The position numbers were made by a program, and so were the translations under genes. Positions 12,341 through 26,538 of a DNA stretch of 64,000 bases are shown here, in pieces. The notes under the pieces are model-generated. The model saw nothing but the letters and a program-made list of their open reading frames with translations, ran no database searches and had not been told where the DNA came from. Source of the stretch: Podospora anserina (taxonomy: Eukaryota); the NCBI GenBank assembly GCA_017654855.1, contig CM030333.1, positions 4,278,001-4,342,000 on the forward strand, given 5' to 3'. The stretch's first letter is position 1; every line of letters starts with the position of its first letter.

Positions 12341-14448
12341 ATGGACTTCTCCCACCTCCTTCGGACGGCTCTGCCTCCATTTGTTGGTAATGTGAGCGCA
12401 GAAGACAACAATGCCACCCAGAATATCGTCGAAACCCTCACGCCACTGCTCGGTTTGCAGTTCAACCCATTTTTGAATCTGTTCATGATTTTCTACGACT
12501 TGGCCGGCGGTCGCCTCGGCACACTGGGTTTAAACCCAGCGTATATTCTGACCTCATTTGGACTGGCTTGGGCTTTCAACAAGACGTGGTTGCATATCTA
12601 CGCAAACGTCATGTCAATTCTGGGAAGGTATTTTACCGCCTCGGTTCAGGTCAACAGCGGGGATAACATCTACGACCACCTGATGAAGTTCCTCGCCAAC
12701 CGGCAGGACATGACCGAATCTCGCTCTCTGACGGCAGAGACGTGGTTCAAGCCAACATCAGAAGAGGCGGACGAGGCAGACTTGTTCCGGACCAAAATCT
12801 CGCCCGACGGCGAAGGGGTCAACCTCAACTTCTCCAACCAAGAGTCCAAGTGCCCCCCTCGTTTTACGCCCGCAATCGGACTGCACAACTTTTGGTTCCG
12901 GGGCAAGTATTTCGCGCTGAGCCGGCAGCAGGAGACGCTGCACACAGACAACAGCTGGGGCGGCTCGCAGTACAGGGACAGGGAGTCACTTGTTCTGTCC
13001 TGCTACGGCCGTTCGCCTGAGCCTATCAAGCGCCTTCTCGAGCATGCGAAGCAAGAGTACTACAGCGAACACAACGCCAGGACCATTGTCAAACGTCCGG
13101 CTTCACAGAGCATGAGGAGCTATGGTGGCCGGCACAGCTGGTCCATGGTGGCAAATCGGCCGGTTCGCCCCATGAAGACGGTGGTACTGGATGAGAAGCA
13201 AAAGGTGCAAGTGCTTTACGACATGAACGAGTACCTCCACCCTTCTACTCCGCGATGGTAAGTATTTCTCTCACGAACCGCATCATATGGAATAATATTC
13301 TAACTCTCTATTTCAGGTATGCAAATCGCGGTATTCCCCTCCGTCGAGGCTATCTTTTCCACGGCCCGCCAGGGACAGGCAAAACGTCGCTGTCCTTTGC
13401 CCTGGCCGGTGTGTTTGGCCTTGACATTTACGTTATCTCGCTCCTTGACCCGTCTCTAACCGAAGAAGACCTTTGTGCGCTCTTCAACTCCCTTCCGCGT
13501 CGTTGTGTGGTACTGCTCGAGGACATTGACACAGCTGGACTTGCTCGCCCGGGCGACTCAACTCCTGCTTCTGAAGACGGCGACGACAGTGACGAGAAGT
13601 CCAAGGACAAGCCAAAGAAGAAGGACAAGGATTCCAAAGACAAAAAGTCTTCGGAATGGAACGTCGCCGACTTGGCCCGGGAGCTCAAGAAGCAGTCATC
13701 GAGTGAATCTACAGATAAGAAAGGCATTTCACTCTCTGGCCTGCTTAATGCTATTGATGGCGTCGCCTCTCACGAGGGCCGGGTTTTGATCATGACAACT
13801 AACAAACCGGAGACACTCGATGAGGCTCTCATTCGCCCCGGGCGGGTCGATCTTCAAATCGCCTTTACCAACGCCACCAGGGAACAAACCTGTGAGTTGT
13901 TCAAGAGGATGTACGACGCCGACCGGACCGCCACCACGCCTTTTCAAAAGGAGGACAGACCCCAGTCTACCACCACCACCCGTCTCCGCTCCCGCCTCGC
14001 CTTCTTCCGTTCTCCCTCCAACAAAATTACAAGGACCATCTCCGCCCCGGTGGTTCGTCAGCTTCCCCTCAATGACAACTGCGGCGAGAAAGACGGCAAC
14101 CTAACCGACACATCGGTCACCACAACAGCAGTCGACCTCGACTCCGACCTCTGCTCCCTCCCCTCCTCTGCCTCCCCAACAAAGATATCTTTTGCCCCGG
14201 AGGAAGTCAACAAGCTCCTCGCCGAGGAGATTGACGACCTGAAGCCCATCACCCCGGAAGAACTCGACAAGATCGCGCAGGGCTTTGCCTCCAAGATCCC
14301 CGAGGGGCAGTTCTCGCCTGCGGAACTGCAAGGGTTTCTGCTCAAGAGGAAGAGGGAGCCGAGAAGGGCGCTGAGGGAGGTGGGTGTTTGGGTCGAAGGG
14401 ACGCTGGAGCAGAAGAAGAGCAAGACCAAGGTCGTCAGGGTGCAATGA
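12341..14448 (+). CDS. BCS1-like AAA ATPase (exons 12341..13257, 13317..14448)
   Basis: N-terminal hydrophobic segment; BCS1_N-like region; W/YANRGIPLRRGYLFHGPPGTGKTS (Walker A), LLEDID (Walker B), SLSGLLNAIDG, ALIRPGRVD, FSPAELQGFL; GTAAGT..CTAAC..CAG intron. Confidence 0.92.
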
Positions 14449-14643
14449 CTTGAAGACAGAAAACCAGAAAGGGGCAACTTTGCTGGATGAATTCTTTTTG
14501 CTTTTTTACACTTAATATTCTCTAGTTTGTTGTCTTCATATTTTTCGTACCATGCGGACTTTCTTTGAGCAGAGCGGGGGGCACAGATGCATACACGTGA
14601 GCAAAGATTGGGTTTCAGCAACGACAGGATGTTTTTTCTCGGG

Positions 14644-14700
14644 GGTTAGGTTAGGTTAGGTAGGTAGGTAGGTAGGTAGGTAGGTAGGTAGGAAGGAAGG
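14644..14700. repeat. Compound (GGTTA)n/(TAGG)n/(AAGG)n microsatellite
   Basis: ggttaggttaggttaggtaggtaggtagg...ggaaggaagg read directly. Confidence 0.85.
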
Positions 14701-17700
14701 ATTTGGATATGGACATGGAAAGAGGATGGATGGATGGGGGGGCGTTGGGGTTTCCTTTTCCTTTTTGTTCATGACGGACGATCGGTATCTATCTATTGTG
14801 AAGTTTCGCTTTGTCCTCTTTTAGAAATGCAGAACATGAGAATATGAGGTATATGAAGTTCCTTGCAAAACGACTCTCATCTCCAACCATTTTCTTGTAC
14901 TCCAACTTGCCCCCTGGTCTAATCGAGTGGACTTTTCATCATGTTTTGCTTTGCAGATCCCATCCCTCCTCCTTCTTCGACACGCTTCCTCATCCTAAAC
15001 ATACCGGAACACAAAAGCTGGTTTGGTCCCGTTTGCCGGGTTGGTCCCCAGGCCGGGGCCGGGGCCGGCTCGTCTCGGCTTTCGGCGGTCCCCACCACCC
15101 CCGTTCTGGCCCCACCCCTTTCACCCCCTCCCACCCGGTCCCGTCCAAACTTATCACACAATGAATGTCTATTCTTTTTTGTTTTCTCACCAACAAATCC
15201 CGGGCCCTCCTCCGTTTTGCCTCGCTTATCCCGCTGCCCGTCCAGTTGGATCAAAGAAAAAATTCAAGCTAGAAAGTAGTAGCACCGGCCGCTGCCGAGA
15301 TTCATGCGTTAGCTATTACGGACCTACCGAACCTGAACCTCCCACATATGTAAAAAGTTCGGACGACGTAACTCCGGGACGGGTCAGCAATGGGGGAGTG
15401 TCTTGCGACTGGGAAGTGGTCCTATTGGTGGGCTTGCAATCTTGCATGAACAATGAGATTCCCTGAGGATGGTGTTGTGGGATTTTCTTTACATCCACTG
15501 CCCCTAGTCTGATATTTTGTTGGGTTGGCATGGCTGGGAAGTTTGAACCGGCAGGACGGCTCGGTAGAGATGACTGATTTGGGGTTGGGGTTTCTTGTGA
15601 GTAGTGTCTCCATTGTTACTAACTGGACGGCTCGGTACCTATGGCCAACTTGGGACTGGGGCATAGTTGTGGGTGTTATGATGTACAGGATGGTGCGGTA
15701 TATCAGTTGTTAGCTATTTGTAAGTCTGAAGGTTGGGTTGGGGGAGATGGCGAGGGGGTTTCCTATCTGACGATGGAGTTTTGTCCCGTAGGCGGGGGAG
15801 GAGGAAGGTTGGTAGGTAGGCATCAGCATGAAGCTGCTGACACACCTGATCGTGATGAATGGTGCTAGCTTGGGATGGATGAGAAACGGTGAGATGGCCA
15901 TCAACTCCGTTGTCTTACTTTCAGTCCGAAGAACACGTCGATGATAATCATGCTCATCCCGTCTCAAACCATCCTCCCAACCGGCCCGATCACGACCCAG
16001 ACTTACCTCATGTTTCAACCGTCTGCCTACTTCCCCGGTCACAGGGATTGAAGCTGACCCGAACGCACAATCGTGGCGTGGATTTATGCTTGACCTGATG
16101 TGCCTTGCAGATCCTCCACATTTTCTTCGAAACAATCGAAACTTTGGGAGGAAGGAAGGACCGGTCGTCAGCTCCTACTGCAAGTGCGGCTGGGACCGCT
16201 ACCTGCCTTGCCTTCTGTGGAGCGAGGCTTCGGTGTTGGAAACTGTGGCGTTCTTTCCTTCAAAAGTGTGTGGTAGCTGCGGTCGGGAGCACTTTCTTAC
16301 TTGCTCTCCTGGATTGTAGGTAAGGAAGGAACTTTGCGATCACCTCAACATAGAGAATACAAGTTGTGTCTTCAGGGGAAAGGCCGATCATGAATCTTCC
16401 TCAAGAGATTCAAATCCAATCATCCCAACTTCTACACCAAGCCAGCTCGGAATCCCGGCAACCAGTAACATCCCATAGCTCTACCACCTCCCCTCATTCA
16501 GGAACAGGAGGCCCCAACTGCCGTTTAAGGGGTAGAATTCCCAAGGTGGCACAGGTAGGTGGCCTTACACCCACCCCAGCTTTTCAACCTCACGTTGGCC
16601 TCAACTCAGGAACCACTGACTGGTTGGATCAATCCCCCAAGCCTCAACAGCAGAAAAAACAAAAAAAAAACAAAAAAAAAAACAAAAACAAAAAATCTGG
16701 ATGGAAGAAGACGGCTGGCTCTGTTACGCCGCGGGGTATCTGACCTACCGCGCAACAAAAGAACTACTTATAATTCCTGCTCCAATGAGAAGCTCTGAAA
16801 TGGTCTTATACCAGCACAATCAAGCACCACCAAAACAAAACTACACCAAAAACCAACCTTCCTAATCCGTCCTAACTGGGATTATTACCCCACGAAAACT
16901 ATCGTGCAGGAACGCGGTGAGAGGAAATTGTTCGTTGACTTGTCTGTGCCTGCATAATCGCTTGCGTTATGCCTATACATGCTTTTAATCCGCCAACGCC
17001 AACCAAACGTGGGAAAGCCGGGGAGCGAAAATCATGCAAGGTAGCAAGCGAGCAATCGTCTTTTTCTTCATCCTTCTGTCGTACCGTGATGGTTTGTTTT
17101 ACTGTTGCCGTTGCTCTCGCTTCACGGGTGGGGTAAAAGGTGATGATGCGCATTTCTATGGAAAATGTGATGATAAGAATGCAACGGTGATCATCACGAC
17201 AACTCTGTAACGGTGGCTCTCCCAGGAAATGAAATCTCGCGTCAATTATTTCGCACAGACGTTGACCACCCATTCCGTTGATTCCCGGGAAAAGTTGGTT
17301 GAAGAAGAAAGGCGAGTTGAAACATTTCCACCCCCTGAACTCCTGAAACTAACACCCCCACCACCACACCTCAACCTGAAAGGGAGAGCTCCCTATCATC
17401 TCGCCAAGGAGGGGTTGAAGAAACCAAAGAAGAAAAAAAACGGTGACAATACGACAAGCTTTTCTTCCATCACGAGAAAAACGACAATGTTGCAGTGTCA
17501 AAGACACAAGCGATAAGTAAAACCGCGAGCGTGGTGATCCTGGTGGACGGGAAGGGAGGGGGGAGGTGAAACATCGTGACCGACTCGGCGGTGATTGATC
17601 CTTGAATGAGATGGTTACGGAGACTAAGTTCACTGTCACGATAAAAGTTTGTAGGCAAATTGCTTCAAAATATTTCAGATATTCTTTGTGCCTGCCTTGC

Positions 17701-17950
17701 TTATTGTGGTTGCAAAAAAAAAAATGCTTGTATCCTTCCCAAGTGGTATCATATATGTCATTCCAATCCAGCCCAAAGTCATATCCCACCCTCCTAGCAA
17801 AATCAAAAACGCCTTGCCCTTCAAGGGGGGGTTTATCATCCCATCATTATATGCCCCCGCTTTGTAGTCCCAAATCCAATAAACTCCATGCCATGCTGAT
17901 AGTATTGTCGGTGTAATGTGTGTGCGTAAAATGCAATCTGATCCGATACC

Positions 17951-19183
17951 TTAAACCCTCCCAGTAAATTTCACACTCCTCCTCCTAGCCGACAACCCGC
18001 TCAAGATCCCCCTCTTCTGCCTCTCCGTATTTGGCGATGTCGGCGAGAGGATATCACTCGGAAGACCTGGCTGCGATCCACTCATGACAATGGCGTTCTT
18101 CTTGACAGCCCTGAGGATGTCGTTGTATGTGATCGGGGTCTGGGGTGTCTTGTCGCCAACCCTGCTGCTGATGTTCTCCTTTTCCTCGTCATGCTCCTCG
18201 AGTTGGTCGTCCAAGACAGAGACAGAGTGCTGCAACGAGCTCCTCTTGATGCTGGTAGACGGTCTTGGCTGGTGTGACACACTAGACCCCGACGTGTCAA
18301 GCGTAGGTCGGCTCTTCTTGCGAGCCAAGCTAAACGACCTCGTGACACCCTTAAAGATCTGAGTAGGCGTCCGTGGTGTTTTGGCAGCCTCCCCCTCCAG
18401 ACTGTCAAGCGGTTTTGGCACCGCCTCCAGCGAGTAGTGAGATCCGTTGGCGTAAGGGTCAATGCTCAGAAACGGGGGAGGCTTCCTCTTGTTGGTGAGA
18501 AGGTCAGAAAGCAAGCCACTGCTGCTTCGCCTGTTGGGGTTGCTGCTGCGGGCCGAGAGGCTGCTTGCTGGTGTGATTGGTCGATCACCGGAAGGGTGAA
18601 TGGGTGCTGTCGTGGATGGTTTGAGAGACTCAGACTCGGACGACTCGGTGCTATTCCTTGTCCTGCTTGTGTTCACAGAAGACGAGCTCAGTGACACGGA
18701 ACGCTGTTTTCTGAGAGAAAGGTTGACGATTGAGGGTTTGCCTGCAAACACCACCGAGACCACTCTTGCCGTGACCTCCTGGCTGCCTCGTCGGGTAGCG
18801 GCTGTGGGAGAGTCGGGGTCCTCGATGCTCGAATCATAGTCATACTCGGAAAAATCGTCGGCGTCGGAGGAGGCGTCCTCCTCGGAGGAAAGGTAGATGT
18901 CGTGCGGTGTGGTGGCCTGTCCTTCCTCTCCTCCCAGCTTCAGTCCGTGGTTGTCCAATATCCTTGACACCCTCCTCGAACTCTTTTTGGGAAGCTCAGG
19001 GACGTCGTTGGAGGGATTGGTGCGAACCCTCTTGGGGCTCGGAGCCAGTGTGTCGGGGTGTTCCTCGTCCATATCGTGATATTCGTCAAAGATGGGCTCG
19101 TCAAATTGTGTTGCTGTTTGCTTGTTTGTATATGCAATGTCCGGTTGGCTGTTCTCCTCGAGGTGACTGTCCACCAAAGACAT
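17951..19183 (-). CDS. Hypothetical Ser/Pro-rich protein (start uncertain)
   Basis: Uninterrupted ORF over 400 codons with protein-like blocks (ELPKKSSRR, YLSSEEDASS, VTARVVSVVFAGKPSIVNL, PFLSIDPY); first in-frame ATG at 19183. Confidence 0.75.
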   Translation of the reverse strand: MSLVDSHLEENSQPDIAYTNKQTATQFDEPIFDEYHDMDEEHPDTLAPSPKRVRTNPSNDVPELPKKSSRRVSRILDNHGLKLGGEEGQATTPHDIYLSSEEDASSDADDFSEYDYDSSIEDPDSPTAATRRGSQEVTARVVSVVFAGKPSIVNLSLRKQRSVSLSSSSVNTSRTRNSTESSESESLKPSTTAPIHPSGDRPITPASSLSARSSNPNRRSSSGLLSDLLTNKRKPPPFLSIDPYANGSHYSLEAVPKPLDSLEGEAAKTPRTPTQIFKGVTRSFSLARKKSRPTLDTSGSSVSHQPRPSTSIKRSSLQHSVSVLDDQLEEHDEEKENISSRVGDKTPQTPITYNDILRAVKKNAIVMSGSQPGLPSDILSPTSPNTERQKRGILSGLSARRRSVKFTGRV

Positions 19184-22100
19184 GACCCTCCAGCAAGACT
19201 GTATAATGTAATTCAAGCAAGTGGCCAAGGGATATATGATCTTCGTGTTCTCGATCCCTAATATCGAGCTCTCGTAGTGGGGGAGGGGGGCGAGCAGCTG
19301 AGGATCACTGGAATGGGGCGTGGACTATGGTATGGAGATTGGGGAGACCAGAAGAAGGGTAGGATGTTCCGAGAGGGCGGGAGGGTTTATTTTAATGCAG
19401 AGCTACAGCAGGATAAGGTGACGGTCCAAGGCCAAGAAGTGGGTGTAACGGCCTGCAAGAACCGGGCCCGCCGTCACTCTCAACCATGGCGTTTCTGGTC
19501 GGTCGGCTGGGTGGTGATGGATGGAGGGCTGGTGCATCAGCAGAGCGTGGTACGTACCCCCCTCTCCGTTTTCCCTGATCTGACGGAACGGATGAACGGT
19601 CTGGGCTGCCCTGTCTTTTGCACTTGCATGACAAGCAAGCCTCTCCCAGGCCCAGTGACCACACACACATTCCCCTGCCCAACCCCTGCCTTCGTCAAAA
19701 CCCCCTGCCCGATCGGGTTGCCAAGGATCGCGGCCAAAGAAGAGGTTTGAGTCAAATGAGTGTGAGTCTGCCCATCGCTGCCTTGGTCTGTCTTGACGGG
19801 GAAAACAATACTTTCACATACCAAACATGGGCCTTCGATGTCAATTCTCAAGTAGTTAATCATCAAATGGTGAGTGATCCGAATGAGAGTGACAGCGCAA
19901 AGGACGGGCGCTGGTTGGCCTTAGAGTGGTGTTTCAGGTAAAAGCTCCTTCTCTCGTCTTCTTCCACGACCGCCAAGCCTTTTCTTCGACACCTGAACAA
20001 CCACGCGCCCACCACACCAACGCAACGCTTAATTAGTGCACACAACGATATCTGCAGTAGGACCTGAATATTTCTCCATTATTACGAACCGACGACAACT
20101 TCATTCTTGTCTTACACGTCAGGCGCATCCTCCAACGGAGCATCTCATAATTCCGGCTGCTGGCTGGGGGAGGTAGGTAGTCACAGTGTACATTCATTAC
20201 ATCAACTCCATCAACTGCAGCTGCACCACTATCAACAGCAGCCCAATCCGGTTTTTGGTCACAGCCACCACCACCAGAGTTTGTATCTTTGATCGCCATC
20301 AACCCCCCCTCTTTTTTCCCAAGTTATCCCGACCCCTTCAAAGAATTTTCCTGTCCTCTTCATCGCTCGAGAGTTTTACCCCCCACTGTGCCCGGTCATT
20401 GGTAGAGAACCCCTCATGCCACTCCCAAGAAGGGGGGCCCATTGTGTCCTAACTTTACAAATGATTGGACATCTCCGCACCATTCAACTCGGAGCTGGGC
20501 GGCAAGCTCCAAAGCAACGGTGAAGCTTTCCTCCAAACGACCCCTCCGGATTGGAGGGAATTTGATCGTCTCCTTGCAGCAAAAAAAGTCACGCTACACG
20601 CTTCCCTTCCTTTTCGAGTCCGAAAGTTAAACGAAGAGGCGAACCGAAAAACGAACCACACTTACACACACACCTCTTTTACGGAGCATACTCGGCTCTC
20701 TCCTCCGGCGGCTGGACAAGTTTGAACTGTCTCCATTGAGTTGACAGTCCGGGATCTACCAGTGCCGTTCATGATCGCCCGTCAAACACATCTTTGACCC
20801 CTCGTGGGGGGGGGGGGAAGATTCCCAAAGGGTCATTCATGCCCTTTAGCCTCCCAGCCCCGGATCTTCCTATGCTTTAGTCGTCGAGGTTAGTTATCTC
20901 GGCCGCCGCTCAGGTCAATCAGCCAGTTGCCACATTACCGGGTACATTCCAACCCGCGCCTTTTTTTCCTCCTCCGATTTTTAAACAGTCCAAAGCTCCA
21001 AGCCCGACAGCTGGCCCGACGAGGGGGCAAGTAATGTCTTGTGCTCTTACATCCTGGGACGTGCGAATTAACCAGTCTTGTTAAACTTGATCGTGCAGTT
21101 TGACACACAGTGGCTGGGCCGCCTACTCAGAGGACATCATCAGTTGTAGAGAGGCAGCCGTTTGGACTGACCTCCCGACCGACCGAGTGACAACACCACC
21201 TCACGGTTACAGAATCATCCTCCGTTTTTTGTTGAAATCTGTCCCCCATCCGCGGTATAAACCTACACATTACCAGATAACGGAGCATCTGCCCTCTTCA
21301 GCCCGCCGCCTTCGCGGCCGCGAGAAAGAAAGGGGTAAGGCATCGTCGGTCGGCGCTCCTTTGTAATCAGTTTTTTTGCAGTTTGTTTGCTCGAAAGATC
21401 ATGATTGTTAGGCCTCTTGCTGTGAGGACACTTTGTGCAATACTATGACTCGACCGGGCGTTTGTGGTGGCGGGCGTACTACAGCAATCCATCCATCCAT
21501 CCATCCATCCCGAGATCATGGAAGTACAGACCAACTGCAAGAACCCCTTACCTGTGCGTTGCATTCTTTTTGTAACAGGTCAGAAAAGATCTCGGCTGCT
21601 CGACACACACTTCACAAATTTAGACGGAAGGATTGGGTCCGTGTTATAAGCGGTCCCTTTTGTGGGTGATGGATGTGTCGACAAGATCATGTCCCGGCAT
21701 ATCATAGCTCGATGTAGGTAAAGATCTCTAAATGTGTGGACCCGAGAACGGCAAGCCTATGTCTATGTGCCTCAGGATCACCTTACGCAAAACCCCCAAA
21801 ATTTAATATCACAAACGGCCCTTGGAAGATGGCTTCAATAAAAATTTCTTCTACATGTAAGCCACCAAGAACGCGAACGCGCAAAAATGTCAAATCGGCG
21901 GCTGCGAGTGTGGTGCTGAGCGTCGTGACACCGCCTCGTTCGGTCGGTCCTGTACGATGGCTGGACGAGGCATGCTTTCTGTCATTCCCGAGTCCAGTGG
22001 CGTTTTTGTGACCTGCAAATCAGGGAGTATGTACTGCCCAACGCCTCAGCATGCAGGCTTTCAGCTGGAGGGCTCCTTTTGTCAATTTCTTTCTCGTGCT

Positions 22101-23308
22101 TTTCTCAATTGGAAATTTGGGATGAGAGAGCGGTCGGACAAGGCTATCTGATGGCCTGGGAGATAGGGGAAGGGTCAAAGGTGAGGAGGTTTTGGCGGTA
22201 GTGGTGGTGGTGGTGGGTGTCTTGTATCGGCAGTGGTGTCTCCCGGCCTTGACCCTGTGGTTGACTGTTTCGAATCTTGTCCCAAGCCCGTCAACCTTGT
22301 GGACGACCGACTCCCCTCAGCGCGTGGATGGTGGTGGTTTTACGAGCTTCCAATCGTCCTTTCTTCTATGGACCAGTATATTCGGCGACAGTGGGAACTC
22401 CTGATGGCCGCCCTGTCCCATGGTTAGCCGTCTCACCACGCGCGAGCCTTTCTTGCCCATATTATCATCAGCCACTCATTTGGGTAGTTGCCTCGGTTGG
22501 AAAAGTGCGATGAATGTCTCGCTCAGACACCATTTCATCTCAAAGTCAAGATTGCTTTGTGTCGAAACGCTTTTGACATTTTGTGACGCTTCAGATCGCG
22601 TGTGCGACGACAACTATTGCCATCATCTCCTGCATGGCGCACTGCATGGTGAACCGCACGGCGGCTGGGCGCGCTGTAAGTCGTCCGTTTCTAACGGTCT
22701 CAAACGACAGGCCACCAGCGATGTTGGAGTAATGTTCGGGAGACCAATGTCACCCTCGGCGGCAGGGGAAACAATAGAGAGAGCACTGTAGTATCTTGAG
22801 ATGTTTGATGTGAGTCGAGTGCATCATACATACAGATGATCTCTCGGATTGATTTGAAGTCGTTGCTTATCTTCATAAATCCATTCTTTGTTCTTCGAGG
22901 TGAAGATTCCCAACTTCAACCAGAGCGAAACCGTTGCGTCATGGGGCCCAAGCTTCTCCTCTCACAACAACCAATCACAGTCGTTTCTTTTCCTGATTTA
23001 GACTGCAGGAACTGTCCTGATGTAGCCTAACGGCTATCGGGGTTTCGTTGGCGTTGCTAAAAATGTTTCATCAGTGGGGTGGCAAGCGACGGGTGAACCA
23101 AAGACCCTGAACCCTGGATCTCGGGCTCCCGAACTAGGACAAGGGTTGTGTAAGGTAAGTATCTTTCAACATCAACAACAATCTGTCAGAAACATCAACA
23201 ATTACCGATTCTGCGAGTAATACCGAGGGGAACAATGACAGCTGAGTCAGTGATACTAACACAATCAGGATGTTTATGTGTACCCAAGATGAGAGCCACC
23301 ACCAAGAA

Positions 23309-23338
23309 TAACAACAACAACAACAACAACAACAACAA
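23309..23338. repeat. (CAA)n microsatellite
   Basis: about 9 tandem caa units read directly. Confidence 0.85.
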
Positions 23339-26300
23339 AGATACCTACCGGCAGGCTGACTGCGGATGCGGCTGACTGACTGGGTGGGCTGAGGCCGAGA
23401 AGCTTGAAAGAAGGATCGCAGGGTTGAAAGTTGGGAGTCAGATACGGCGGTCATCGCCCCGTTCTGACTGTTCGGGCTGTTTCCTTTTGGGTGCTCGGTC
23501 AACACTCAGCAAGAGATACCATTCTCTACCCCATCATCACCACAATCATCGCCCCACACACACTGGAATTCTGGCTCTACTAATCGAAGCACAAAGACGG
23601 CATGTGAACGACCAAACCAACACGATGTCTCATACAGTCAAAGTCTCGGCAGTCTTCTGCCGTCAAAAAGCACCTGTTCTAGACTTGATGTCTCGTCTCG
23701 GCCTTCTCTTCCCTATCTAGTCCTACCGACATGTCATCGATATGGCATCCTTCCAGACCGTTTCCTCTTCTGGTGTTACCGAGCTGAATTATACCCCGGA
23801 TCTTTCCTCCGGATATTTCATGGTGTCGACAATAGCTATCTAGCGGGTGATTACCATCCCCGCCGCTGAAGGTGCCGCATGTTCTCCCGTCCCACGCCGC
23901 ACACAACGGACGGGAAGACAACAGGAAGCAGCAAACCTCGTCCGTTTTTGGGGATTTCTCAGCCTCATAGGTTTCTCTCCCAGGTCACTCTATCCTGAAA
24001 GGTCAGGATGTGGAATCAGTTCCTCCGATCTGGTCAGCTAATTCAGCCCACCTCATGGTCGGAATCTGAAGAAAAAACACAATTGTCCCGACCAGCCCAG
24101 CCCTTATCTCCAACATCTCTTTTCTCGAGGCTCCCAAAAGCCAAACCTGACACTTGAGCATGTTAGTTCAGATATCCAAAGTCAGCCCCGTAGCCAAGGC
24201 GGCCCGACCAACAAGCCTTTTCAACGGCTGGTCTGACTCCCGAACAAGGACCCTGATACACACAAGCGAGAGGCGCAATTTTCCCCTCAAACTTTGGACC
24301 AACCTACCTTACCTCCCTCGCCTGCTACTCAGATTTCTTGTCTTTCGCTTTTGGGTAGTTGGCAGTTTCTTGTCTGTCGGGTCGGACCTGTGTCAGCCAG
24401 CCCACCCGGGTTGCCGATCCGGGGTGATTTAAGTGCTTACTTTGGATTGTCAAGGATTTGTATGCCCCAGCGGTAGTGGAGCTGTTCAGCCGCTCGGTAG
24501 CATGGTAGCATATGCTCCGACGGGGAGTTGTAGAGAGATGGGGTGTTGTGTTGGCCTGGCATTGGGGATGAGTTTGGATTATGTGTTCTCCATGAGCGGT
24601 TCGGGATGAAGGTAGGGAATATGTTGGCTTTGGATGATGAGTCTTGGGTAGGACATGTGTAGTATCAAGTCCAACTTCAGCCTTTGGGTATGACAGCCTC
24701 ATATTTGCAAGGCTGGCCACCAGAGGGAAAACCGTCAGCAGTGTGCAAGTCCGAATATGAGTAATTAACCACCAGCCAAAACGGTCTGATCAGTTGTTTG
24801 TTGAGAACAACATCTTGATAATGGGCTCCGTTAAGGGATATGCATGCACATCTATCTCGCAGGTAGCCCTCCTCTTGATAAAATCCTGTTCCTGTATCAT
24901 GACATCCTCCACTCTCAGGCACAACCAGTCCAATGGGTGATCACCTGCTGCTCTCCCATCTCGGAAAGTTTTCCAACCTCACAATCTTTCCCGCAAAGGC
25001 AACAACCACCCCGAAACCTGCTATCCCACATAAACAACCACATCCCATCTCATCAAAAACTATTCATAACGGAACGTCCCAAATCAGCAACCAATACCCA
25101 AATTCCTGTCGTCATGATCTCCAATCGGTGGGTGTTGGCAAATGTGACTGTAACCTGCACACTGACGTAACACACCCAACGCTCCAACCAACAATACCCA
25201 AATTTGTTATCGTGGCATTTCGCCCAAAAACGTCAACCCATATCAAGCAAATTTAGCCAGTATCAAATCTATAACTTCTGCCAGCTATGGATTGTCAATG
25301 AGTTAATTTCACACGATTGTCATTGAACCCCTGATTTATCGTCGTACAGTTCTGCACGTGGTACTATAAAATCTGGGTTGAGATGAAAATCTTGGGTTGC
25401 ATTTCCTTCGCCAACGAACCGCTCGCAAAGTGATGAATACCTACCAAACAAAGCGGTATAAGAAAAGAATGATCGCCTGACTTTTGTTCCGAGTTATGTA
25501 CTACTTGATCAACAATCCCTTTAGGTATACCATCATATATCACCAACAGCCTTCCCTCTTCTCTCCCAATCGAAACATTCTCGAAGCTCTTTCCATTTGA
25601 ATGCCCTTTCCCGCCCCTCCAACCAATGATGGGAATGGTGAGTGTGCGTGCTCCGACAGCACTGAACATCACGGCCCGAGACTTTGATATATCACCACCG
25701 ATCCGTAGGACCCCTTACCGCAACAACCAAGTCAACAAAACACCGGTCAATCCTCGACCATCAACCGGACCCCGACCAAACACATCATGACTCGCACAAC
25801 AAGTTTGCCTTTTCATCAAGTAATATTAAGACTGTGTATAGCTGGCACTCGGCCCAACCGGCGACGAGCCCACAAGTTTAGTACAGGGCAACAATATACA
25901 GCGTGCGAAAAGAAAAATTTCAAAAAGCTGAAACAATGAATGCACTCCCTCCCCCCCGAAACAGACTCCGGCTTGTTGTTTTTTTATCAACTCCGAATGT
26001 GGCAAGCCAAAAAAAAACCCCGGCTCGCCCCCCCTTCTAAAAAAAAAAACCCAACCGCATCCCAAGATGACCTGGCAGCTCCGGCGTCGTCGCTCATTGA
26101 TGCCAATCCCATAAAAGCCATGCGTCCGTCGTCTTGACATACCATACCGCCCAACCCGCCTTGCCCATTAGAAAAGCTACACAGCCCTTGGCCGCCATGG
26201 CCGCCCATTCAGCCACTTTGCCCACTGCCCGTGTATTCTCCCCAGGGCGAGTAATCATGAGAAGCCCCGAATTCGTGATGCAATGTGTAATTTTCCCCGC

Positions 26301-26538
26301 GTATAACTCCGTAGATAAATACCGAGATGTCATTATTATGTTTTATTGAGGGGATTAATGCCCCGAGTCCCAAGCGCGGAAAAGAATGCGCCGGAACTCT
26401 CGAGTGCTGCACTCTTCCTTCGTCTATGCTCAGTCGTTGGTGAGACTAACTGAGACTCAGAAACTCGGGCAGAAGCTTCCATAGCATGGATCAGGAAGGA
26501 TGCGTTCACACCAACACAGCCTCCCCAACCGAGCTGAT

